Positions 7,293 to 14,809 of a stretch of 15,335 nucleotides of DNA are shown here, one piece after another. The DNA is taken from NCBI GenBank assembly GCA_964013405.1, contig CAXGWI010000087.1, positions 1 through 15,335 on the forward strand, in the 5' to 3' direction. The notes under the pieces are model-generated. The model ran no database searches, was not told where the DNA came from, and saw only the letters and a program-made list of their open reading frames with translations. The stretch is from an uncultured Myxococcales bacterium (GTDB lineage Bacteria; Myxococcota; UBA4151). Both the position numbers and the translations under genes were made by a program. Each line of letters begins with the position of its first letter. Position 1 is the stretch's first letter.

Positions 7293-9425
7293 TTAGGGGA
7301 TGCGATAGGTTTTCGTTACGAACTCGGGCTCACGCTCGGGGCGGAGGGGGAAGGTCTGACCGACCACGGCCCCCTCGATACAACTGGCCACTTTCCGACG
7401 CTTATAACCCCGGCGCCCAAAGGCCATTTTCTTCACCGAGACAGCGACGATTCGACCGTCGCCCATGATGCCTAAACGCAGAGTGACCGAGAGCTTTTTA
7501 GCCCTTTTGAGACCTTTCTTTCCCCGTTTCCCTAGTTTGTCCAAACAGGCAGACATCGGACTCGTATCAAAGGGCATCGGCTGTTTTGCTCGCCTTTTTG
7601 CTGCGGGGGTTGGTGTGGCATTGAGGACTGAATACTTGGGCCGTTTCCAGTTCTCGAGCTCCTTCATCTTGATGCCCTTGCAGGCGCTATTCCTGCTGAC
7701 CTCACCCTGCCCTGATCCCAAATCCCGGATCGGATAGCCCGCCCGACTGAGGGTCCGGAGAATCTCAGTGCGCTTGTAGCCTTGAATCAGCCGTTCGCCG
7801 ATCTTGACGACGGGCACCGTGATGGTGCCACCGGGCTCGACCAGCGCCTTGGGAAATGCCGCCTGGGCCCCTTCATCCTCGTCGAGATCTAATGGGCTGT
7901 AGGGAATACCCTGCCGGTCGAATAGACAAGCGACCGCCCGACAGGCCGGGCAGTAACTCGTCTTGAACAAGATGACGGGGGGGCGTTTCGTTGCCCCTGA
8001 CTGATCTTGCGGCGCCACACCCGCTTGAGCCTCCTTGCCGGGCTGCCCTCGCCCCTTTCTCCCCTTGGCTTGCTTCAACTTGTTATCGATCTTTGCTCGA
8101 TCGCTCGGCCTGGCCTTCCCCCTTGCGGCTCCCCGAGCTCCGTTCATCGAGGTCCCATCCTCCCTCGCTCCATCGTCGACAATCGCTGGTAACTCCACGT
8201 CGAGGGGTGACTCGACGGTCATGACACAAAAGGCAGGAAGCGCAGCTAAAATGGCAGCAACTGCAAAGGCACTTAAATTGAAACGAAAGCCCTCTGGGGC
8301 CGGCCGATGCTCGTCAAGCCATGGCGGATCTTCTGCGGGCTCTTCCAGCGTCACAAGGGGTTCTGGCTCGGTGCCAAAGAGTTCTTCTTCAAGACTGACG
8401 GCCACATCCAGTGGCGAGAGTCGTTCGACACCGACAAGGGGAGGTGATGGCTCGTGAAAACTGACCCAATAGCAATGGCGCCAGACGGGATCGAGGTCCC
8501 GGAGCGCGCTCAGCGTTGCCTGCGCATCCTGACTGCCGTCCACCACCAGCACATCCTCGGCCTGAACCGAGTCGAGGGCCATCAAACGCACCAGTTGAAG
8601 GTCGTGCTTCACAGCGAGGCGCCGGATCGCCTCGATTGGAAACTGATCACCACAATAGACCGCAAGACGAGCCGATTGCGGTCCGGCAGCTAGAGGCGCC
8701 TCAGCCCACGATGCCTCCTCTTCACCGGCCCCACCCTCTCTTTCTTTCGCCGACGAGTCGGGCCATTCGGGCATCGCCTCTTCAACGCCACGCAATGGCG
8801 GAAATTCCCGGATCGATAAGGCTTCAGGAAGCACTTGGACGATGGGTTCTGCCCCATGGAAACCCCGGAGGATGTGCTCACCCAAATCGAGGGAACGACC
8901 GATTCCCGCATCAGCCACCGCTGCCCATGTCGATGCACTGAGAAGGACCTGGCCGCCATGGCCTGCGTCGCAGAGTCGAGCAGCTCGATTCACGTCGCTG
9001 CCGAAGTAGTCCATGTCGCCGCGGGAATTTTCCCGACACTCCGGCTGTCCTCGATGGATGCCCATCCGGACCCGAAGCCCTCGGAAGCCCTCGGCCTTTG
9101 TCGCCCCGTAGAGGGCAGCCACGGCCGCCTCCGTCTCCAGTTCCGCAGGCCAATCGGTTTCGTGCAGGGCCTCTTGGGTCTCAAGACACCACCGAAGCGC
9201 ATCCAGTGGGTCTTGGAAGGCCACCATAAAGGCATCGCCCTCCGTTTTGACTTCATAGCCTTTGAATCGCTCGATCCCCGCCCGCATGACTTGGTCGTGA
9301 AGCAAGAGGGCACGCTTCATGGCCCGGGGCGCCCGATCCCATAAGACCGTGGACGCTTGAACGTCGGTAAACACGAGAGTGACCAGCCCGGTTGGCGCAG
9401 ATCTCATCATCGATGCCGGCCCCAC
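7293..9425 (-). CDS. Class III adenylate cyclase fused to receiver-like, TM, glutaredoxin-like (CPAC) and TonB_C/AgmX-PglI-like C-terminal domains
   Basis: Cyclase motifs FTDVQAST, VKTEGDAFM, RVRMGIHRG and DYFGSDVNRAARL. TM at about 8215-8283; Grx motif TSYCPAC...TVPVVKIG; C-terminal C...LRLGIMGDGRIVAVSV...ASCIEGAVVGQTFP. GGAG lies 9 nt upstream of GTG 9425, with alternative ATGs at 9410 and 9407. Confidence 0.9.
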   Translation of the reverse strand: MGPASMMRSAPTGLVTLVFTDVQASTVLWDRAPRAMKRALLLHDQVMRAGIERFKGYEVKTEGDAFMVAFQDPLDALRWCLETQEALHETDWPAELETEAAVAALYGATKAEGFRGLRVRMGIHRGQPECRENSRGDMDYFGSDVNRAARLCDAGHGGQVLLSASTWAAVADAGIGRSLDLGEHILRGFHGAEPIVQVLPEALSIREFPPLRGVEEAMPEWPDSSAKEREGGAGEEEASWAEAPLAAGPQSARLAVYCGDQFPIEAIRRLAVKHDLQLVRLMALDSVQAEDVLVVDGSQDAQATLSALRDLDPVWRHCYWVSFHEPSPPLVGVERLSPLDVAVSLEEELFGTEPEPLVTLEEPAEDPPWLDEHRPAPEGFRFNLSAFAVAAILAALPAFCVMTVESPLDVELPAIVDDGAREDGTSMNGARGAARGKARPSDRAKIDNKLKQAKGRKGRGQPGKEAQAGVAPQDQSGATKRPPVILFKTSYCPACRAVACLFDRQGIPYSPLDLDEDEGAQAAFPKALVEPGGTITVPVVKIGERLIQGYKRTEILRTLSRAGYPIRDLGSGQGEVSRNSACKGIKMKELENWKRPKYSVLNATPTPAAKRRAKQPMPFDTSPMSACLDKLGKRGKKGLKRAKKLSVTLRLGIMGDGRIVAVSVKKMAFGRRGYKRRKVASCIEGAVVGQTFPLRPEREPEFVTKTYRIP

Positions 9426-9463
9426 ATTTTGAGTCTCCGGACCGTCAACCGGCGCGCTCCTAA

Positions 9464-10429
9464 CTACTCAAAGGCCGCCAGATACGCTTCAGCCTTCATC
9501 AACGCGGCCTCGGCCATCATCAAGCGGGCCTCGGCCTGGGCCACCTCAGCTTTGGCCTCGACCACAGCGACTTTGGCTTCAGCAACGGCCATTCGAGCGG
9601 CCGCTTCCGAGCCCGGCGGTATGGAGCCCGCTGCCACCGGCTCCGGAGTGAATTCGTTGGCCACAGGGGCTGGCTCCGGCTCGGGGGCAGGCTCCGGTTC
9701 CCCGTCGACTGGTGCGCCGAACATCGCCTCCCGACTGGCCTCCGCTGCTTCCTCACCCTGTGGAACCGGTGTCTCTGCATCGGGGATCAAGTTGTCCCAA
9801 TCCACATCACCAGCCTCATCGCTCGATGCCTCAGGCTCGGAGAGGGGTTCATCCAGCTGGGATGATGCTTCGACCAACTCGGGTTCTGGCTCAGACGGAG
9901 TCTCTGCAACAGCGGCGACAACAGGGCTGGAATCCACTGCTGCTTCGGCCGCCGCTGCTGCGACGGAGGCCGGCCGCATATCGATCATGTCGGCCGTCAG
10001 GTTGCTGGGCACTTTCAGTTCCCGCTTGGCCCCAGCACTGTCCTCTTTGACCGCCACGGACGGCGCCTGGTTCTCAGACTTCGGCTGGAGAGACACCCCC
10101 AACGCGGCACGGGAGAGCATCGTCGGCAAACGGTTCAAGACCTCAAGCCGGGTAATCCGGGTCAGGCCGGCGCCCATGCCGGGGGGCGCGCTGTTGGCCA
10201 CCCAAAGCAGAGGTTTGTCGCGAAAGCTATCCGCACACGAAAACTGAACTAACTGACCGACGTCATCCCCTTTGGGGGCAAAGATCAACAGGTCATAAGG
10301 GGCGGCGAGTTCGTCGTCCTCCTCGGCCGGATCCATGCGGTCCGCCGTCCACCCCTCCTGTTTAATCACCGCAGCGAGGGCCTCATAAAAGGCTCGGTCG
10401 GCAGAGATGATCATCGCTTTATGACTCAT
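9464..10429 (-). CDS. Pseudo-receiver-like N-domain, acidic Pro-rich linker and C-terminal coiled coil (hypothetical protein)
   Basis: KAMIISADRAFYEALAAVIKQEGW...YDLLIFA follows the receiver beta/alpha pattern but lacks the phospho-Asp. An E/P/A-rich linker leads to AEA-heptads at the C-terminus. Spacing to the cyclase gene is operon-like (38 nt). Confidence 0.7.
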   Translation of the reverse strand: MSHKAMIISADRAFYEALAAVIKQEGWTADRMDPAEEDDELAAPYDLLIFAPKGDDVGQLVQFSCADSFRDKPLLWVANSAPPGMGAGLTRITRLEVLNRLPTMLSRAALGVSLQPKSENQAPSVAVKEDSAGAKRELKVPSNLTADMIDMRPASVAAAAAEAAVDSSPVVAAVAETPSEPEPELVEASSQLDEPLSEPEASSDEAGDVDWDNLIPDAETPVPQGEEAAEASREAMFGAPVDGEPEPAPEPEPAPVANEFTPEPVAAGSIPPGSEAAARMAVAEAKVAVVEAKAEVAQAEARLMMAEAALMKAEAYLAAFE

Positions 10430-10527
10430 GGCAGGCGTAACTTGCCCAACGGGCCTCTCCTCTACAAGTCCCGAAGCGACACATCGTGTTTTTTGCGCCC
10501 CTTCGGGGCTGGCTCCAAGCTAGCGCT

Positions 10528-10749
10528 ATGAAATTCTTACCCCAAACGGCCGCAACACTTCGCTCGGTTCTCCGAGACTATTTCTCGGGGCTCCCGCGCG
10601 CGGTGCCTGAGGTGGACTGTCCGAATTGCGGGAGCCCCTTGGACATCGAGGGTTGGAGTCAACAACGAACACCGGGGCATGTCAGCGAGTGCTGGACCTG
10701 TGGTGTTTGTGGTGTCCAATGGCTACTCCGCGAGGACTGGCTCCAATAG
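10528..10749 (+). CDS. Small Zn-ribbon-like protein (73 aa)
   Basis: CPNC...CWTCGVC Cys pattern. It fills the gap before cpaB, and its stop lies 11 nt before the cpaB SD. The start could instead be 10486. Confidence 0.6.
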   Translation: MKFLPQTAATLRSVLRDYFSGLPRAVPEVDCPNCGSPLDIEGWSQQRTPGHVSECWTCGVCGVQWLLREDWLQ

Positions 10750-10770
10750 GTCGATCACCTGGAGGTGAAT

Positions 10771-11619
10771 GTGAGCAACTACGAACAAGGGCGCGACGAA
10801 AACCGCAGTGAGACCGGAGGGTCCAGTTCGAGTCGCATCTATATCTTCGCCGGTGTCTTGGCTGCGCTGGCCGGGGCGCTGGCCTGGGGCTCGCTCAAGC
10901 GCAAGCAGGCAGAGATCAGCGCGGGCTGGAAACCCAAAGCGGTTTTGGTCGCCAGTCGAGACCTCCCCTCGGGCACTGTGCTCGATTCAGACATGCTGGA
11001 GGTCCAGGGTATCCCAGAGCAGTTCGTCACCGACTCAATCGTACCAGCAAGCCATCGCTCCAATGTGGTGGATGGCAAGCTCGTGTACCCCATGAAAGTG
11101 GGCGATATTCTCAACTTCCATATGCTGCAAGGCACACGGCAAGTAGAGAACTTGTCCAAACGCCTGGTCCCCGGCGTCAGAGCCGTCAGTCTCCGGGTAG
11201 GCCAAGACTCCTCCGTCAATCGGATGGTGCGCCCCAATGACCACATCGACCTCTTGCTCACGTTTCGCGACCCGAGCACCCGCTTGGTGACCACCATGAC
11301 CCTCTTGGAGAATGTGGTGGTCTTGGCGACCGGTGACATTCTCGGCGGGGCCGTCATCGGCATGCTTGATCAGGAACGTCGGCGCTACGGCACGATCACC
11401 CTGGAGTTGCAGGCCAAAGAGGCCGAGTTGGCCGTTCAAGCTCAGGCCATGGGCAACCTCTACGTGACCCTGCGCCACCCCGATGACCAAGATGTCCTCG
11501 AAGACCGGGCCCGAACCAGCGTTGAGACCGTATTGACAGGAGAACGGGCAGCCCAGTTGCAACGCAATCGGAAACCTAGAACCCGACTCCCCCAAGTGAT
11601 CAAGGGTCGTAGTCGATGA
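10771..11619 (+). CDS. cpaB: Flp/Tad pilus assembly protein CpaB/RcpC
   Basis: N-terminal TM, SAF domain (VLVASRDLPSGTVL), RAVSLRV...VRPNDHIDLL...LLENVVVLATG, TITLEL and LYVTLR. GGAGG at 10761-10765 favours GTG 10771 over 10765. Confidence 0.93.
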   Translation: MSNYEQGRDENRSETGGSSSSRIYIFAGVLAALAGALAWGSLKRKQAEISAGWKPKAVLVASRDLPSGTVLDSDMLEVQGIPEQFVTDSIVPASHRSNVVDGKLVYPMKVGDILNFHMLQGTRQVENLSKRLVPGVRAVSLRVGQDSSVNRMVRPNDHIDLLLTFRDPSTRLVTTMTLLENVVVLATGDILGGAVIGMLDQERRRYGTITLELQAKEAELAVQAQAMGNLYVTLRHPDDQDVLEDRARTSVETVLTGERAAQLQRNRKPRTRLPQVIKGRSR

Positions 11620-12458
11620 TCGAGGGCATCGCGGCACTCATTGCGGCGATCGCAACCGCAGTGTTTGGATATGCCGCGGCCCTTGCGGTGGGCCGGGCCC
11701 TGGGCCGTCAGCGCGAGCGTTACACTGAGGACCGTGTCCGCCGACAAGATGCGGTCCTCTTTCTGACCCCCTCTCAGCGCATCCTACTCAACGTCGCCAG
11801 CGGCCTCTTGTGCGGCGTGCTGGGGACACTCATTCTAGGCCTCGCTGCCGGCGTCATCCTCAGCGTTGTTGGCCTCTTCGTGCCGGGACTCTATATCCGG
11901 CAGGCGGCCCAGCGCCGTCTGGAGTTGTTCAACGAACAGTTGGTTGATGCCCTGCACGCGATGAGCGCTGCCTTTCGGGCCGGCCTCTCCTTTCCCCAGG
12001 CGATTGAAAGCGTCGCTGAAGAGAGCGACCCACCCCTCAGTAACGAATTCCGTATCGTCGTGAGGGAGCTGCGGGTCGGCCGAGAAATTCCGGACGCCCT
12101 TGCGAACGCGGCTGAGCGAACTGGCAGCGAAGATATGGACTTGGTCGCAACCACCACTGCCGTCGCCCAAGGCCTTGGCGGCAACATGGCCGAAATGCTC
12201 GAGGCCATCGCTCGAACGACTGAGGCCCGGTTCCGGATCGAAGGAAAGATTCGCGCTCTGACGGCCCAGGGAAAACTTCAGGGCTGGGTGGTCGCATGTA
12301 TGCCGTTGATCCTGGGCTTGATCTTTAATTGGATGCGCCCCGACCTTATGGGCCCCATGATGGCACACCCCTTCGGTTGGGGCTTGGTTGCCGGCATCAT
12401 CGCTCTTGAGATCGGCGGCATCTTTTTGATCCGTCGAATCGTGGCCATCGAGTACTGA
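11616..12458 (+). CDS. tadB: Tad inner-membrane platform protein TadB (T2SSF family)
   Basis: FNEQLVDAL...FRAGLSFPQA, PPLSNEF, GGNMAEML, KIRALTAQGK and C-terminal TMs. ATGA overlap with cpaB. Confidence 0.94.
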   Translation: MIEGIAALIAAIATAVFGYAAALAVGRALGRQRERYTEDRVRRQDAVLFLTPSQRILLNVASGLLCGVLGTLILGLAAGVILSVVGLFVPGLYIRQAAQRRLELFNEQLVDALHAMSAAFRAGLSFPQAIESVAEESDPPLSNEFRIVVRELRVGREIPDALANAAERTGSEDMDLVATTTAVAQGLGGNMAEMLEAIARTTEARFRIEGKIRALTAQGKLQGWVVACMPLILGLIFNWMRPDLMGPMMAHPFGWGLVAGIIALEIGGIFLIRRIVAIEY

Positions 12459-12461
12459 GCC

Positions 12462-13352
12462 ATGAGTCTGTCCGATCTCCTCTTTTTGCTCTCGATCCTC
12501 TCCGTCTTTGGGCTGGTCTACCTCCTGACGAAACCAAGCCTTGAGCGGGTCGTTCCCAAGCTCAAAGAGGAACTCAGTAAAAGCGAGGAGAGTAATCAGA
12601 TTCACGCCGCTCGGTCGGCGGTGGTGCGAGTGACGGCCCGTGGCCTGGCTGGGCGTCTCAAACCTGCAAGCTACGAAGACCTGCAAAGACAAATCGTCCT
12701 TGCCGGTTCTCCCGACGGCATGACGCCCGAGACATTGGTTGCAGGGCGACTCGTCACCGGCGGCGCTTTTGCGGCCCTCGCTTGTCTGTTGTTGGTGATC
12801 GCCGGCGAATTCCTCGCTCTTCCCCTTGGCCTCATCGTTGGCGGCATCGCCGGCTGGTTGACAGCTAAACTCTGGTTTCGTTCGGTGGTTAAAAATCGCC
12901 AGACGCGGATCATGCGGAATCTCCCCTACGAATTAGATTTACTGACCCTTGCGGTGGAGGCGGGCCTCGACTTTGTCGGTGGTCTACAAAAGGTGGTGGA
13001 GAAAGGCAGGGGTGGCCCACTCTCCGACGAGTTACAATTGGTGCTCCGGTCGATTCGACTAGGCCGGACCCGTTCCGAGGCCCTCATGGAAATGGCGGAA
13101 AGAGTCCAAGTCCCGGCCGTCCGCTCGTGGGTCCGAACCCTTGTGCAGGCAGACCGTATGGGCACGCCTCTGGGTAGAGTCCTCCGACTGCAATCGGAGC
13201 GCCTGCGCCAAAGACGTAGTCAGGATGCGGAGCGCCGAGCCAACGAAGCGCCCGTGAAAATGCTCTTCCCGCTCATCTTCTTCATCTTTCCAACGGTCTT
13301 TCTCATCCTCTTCGGCCCCATCGTTTTCCGGCTTTTCTTCGTGGGCCTCTAA
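12462..13352 (+). CDS. tadC: Tad inner-membrane platform protein TadC (T2SSF family)
   Basis: LPYELDLLTLAVEAGLDF, GPLSDEL, LGRTRSEAL, QADRMGTPLGRVLR and APVKMLFPLIFFIFP. Confidence 0.95.
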   Translation: MSLSDLLFLLSILSVFGLVYLLTKPSLERVVPKLKEELSKSEESNQIHAARSAVVRVTARGLAGRLKPASYEDLQRQIVLAGSPDGMTPETLVAGRLVTGGAFAALACLLLVIAGEFLALPLGLIVGGIAGWLTAKLWFRSVVKNRQTRIMRNLPYELDLLTLAVEAGLDFVGGLQKVVEKGRGGPLSDELQLVLRSIRLGRTRSEALMEMAERVQVPAVRSWVRTLVQADRMGTPLGRVLRLQSERLRQRRSQDAERRANEAPVKMLFPLIFFIFPTVFLILFGPIVFRLFFVGL

Positions 13353-13368
13353 GCCACACTCGGTTCGA

Positions 13369-13384
13369 TGCATCTAAAGATGCA
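13369..13384. promoter_or_regulatory. Perfect 7-2-7 inverted repeat in the tadC-FHA intergenic gap
   Basis: TGCATCT-AA-AGATGCA, AT-rich relative to its surroundings. Function unknown. Confidence 0.35.
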
Positions 13385-13414
13385 AAAATATCCGAAGTCG
13401 GCTACCTCGACACC

Positions 13415-14809
13415 GTGTTCACGCTAACGTTTCATTCAGGTCAACGCCGTGGTGACGTGGTTCACCACGATAAGGACCGTATCGTCCTGGGTCGGGCCCC
13501 TGACTGCGACGAAATCATCCCCGATGACGGTGTCAGCCGTCATCATCTCGAGTTGCTGGTTCATGAAGGCCGCGTCTGGCTCCGTGACCTGGGCAGTACG
13601 AAGGGCTCTTTCGTCGATGGTGAGCGGGTGGAAACCCAGCCGATCGAGGGCGGAGCTCGGATCAGCGCCGGCAATGTCGAATTTACCCTGGCGGTGTCGG
13701 AAATTACTTCGGCGGATCAACTGCCACTCCGTGAGCGACTCGGTCGACTGGAGGACTACCGGCACCTCCTCCGACCCGGTACCGAGCAGTCACTCCCACC
13801 GGTTCCCATCCCCCACCCTAGCTATCGGGCCAGCGGCAAATGGGTGAAACCGGGCTTGCCGCCACGGGTCAAACGGCTACGGATCATTTCCGCCCTGCTC
13901 GCGTTTACCTGCCTGCTTCTCTTCGCAGCCTACATCGTGCGCCAGGGAGAAACCCCAATCGCCCACAAGGGCGTCAAGGTGGCGCTCAAAGCGAACAAGG
14001 CCATCACCGCCTCCTATGGCTACGGTAGCGTGGATCATGAGGTCATCGGCACCTGCCTGGAAGGGCCCCCCGACTTCAAACACAGTTGCGGCCAAATCGA
14101 ACTCGTCTTTGATGCGCCCGATGGCCTGGCCATGCTGACCTTCGATGTCGGCTCTATCGATTCAACTCGGGAACTTGAAGTCCTCCTCAATGACAAGAGT
14201 CTCGGCTTCGCACCCGTGGCGATCAAGAGCTGGCTCAATGCCGGGTATTCAATCCTTCTTCCGGCCGATGATCTGATTCCTGATTCCAACCGCCTTGTAC
14301 TGGCCCATCGACAGATGGCCCGGGGAGCGAGGTCGGGCAGCAACCAACTCACGGCGGAAGAACAGCGGCGCCTCAACGAATCGAAGACGACGTGGGGTGT
14401 TCGAAACATTCACTTACGTGTCCACGTCGCACCGCCTACCGCCGACCCAGCAAAAGCCAGAGAACTCATGACCCTTGGCGAGAGTCGTTACCGTACCCGC
14501 AAGGTCCACCCAGAGAACCTCCACGCCGCGGCGAAGGCTTTTCGAGACGCTGCTCTCCTCGTCTACCGGGAAGATCCCCGCCCCCAAATTTTTCTGCGGG
14601 CGAGCGAGCGTTTTGCAGCCACCGATCGAGAACTGACCGTGCGCTTTCGCCAGGAATTCATGGCTGCTTTGAAGGAGATGCGCTTTGGGAACATCGACCG
14701 CGCCTGCCTCATCCTGAATCAACTGGCCATGAGATTTCCTGATAAGCTCGATTGGCGGTACGCTCAGACTCAGGCAGGACTACAGGCCGTCTGCGAGGGC
14801 AACCGATGA
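13415..14809 (+). CDS. FHA domain - TM - periplasmic beta-rich and helical domain protein (Kil-cluster-type FHA protein)
   Basis: FHA motif VLGRAPDCD...VSRHH...LRDLGSTKGSFVDG. TM IISALLAFTCLLLFAAYIV at about 13880-13940, and a TPR-like helical C-terminus. Confidence 0.88.
   Translation: MFTLTFHSGQRRGDVVHHDKDRIVLGRAPDCDEIIPDDGVSRHHLELLVHEGRVWLRDLGSTKGSFVDGERVETQPIEGGARISAGNVEFTLAVSEITSADQLPLRERLGRLEDYRHLLRPGTEQSLPPVPIPHPSYRASGKWVKPGLPPRVKRLRIISALLAFTCLLLFAAYIVRQGETPIAHKGVKVALKANKAITASYGYGSVDHEVIGTCLEGPPDFKHSCGQIELVFDAPDGLAMLTFDVGSIDSTRELEVLLNDKSLGFAPVAIKSWLNAGYSILLPADDLIPDSNRLVLAHRQMARGARSGSNQLTAEEQRRLNESKTTWGVRNIHLRVHVAPPTADPAKARELMTLGESRYRTRKVHPENLHAAAKAFRDAALLVYREDPRPQIFLRASERFAATDRELTVRFRQEFMAALKEMRFGNIDRACLILNQLAMRFPDKLDWRYAQTQAGLQAVCEGNR

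Noticed and set aside
9357..10247. Long + strand Ser/Ala-rich ORF (296 aa), and similar antisense ORFs such as 11835-12692, 1662-2309 and 11035-11637
   Set aside because: These are shadows of well-supported genes on the opposite strand, expected in high-GC DNA, and show no motifs.
10491..10510. Intrinsic terminator at the GCCCC-TTC-GGGGC hairpin
   Set aside because: The stem is only 5 bp, the T-run is on the wrong side, and it lies between divergent genes.
11600..11630. Deleted or pseudogenised tadA between cpaB and tadB
   Set aside because: The clean ATGA coupling and absence of any remnant fit a naturally split locus better.
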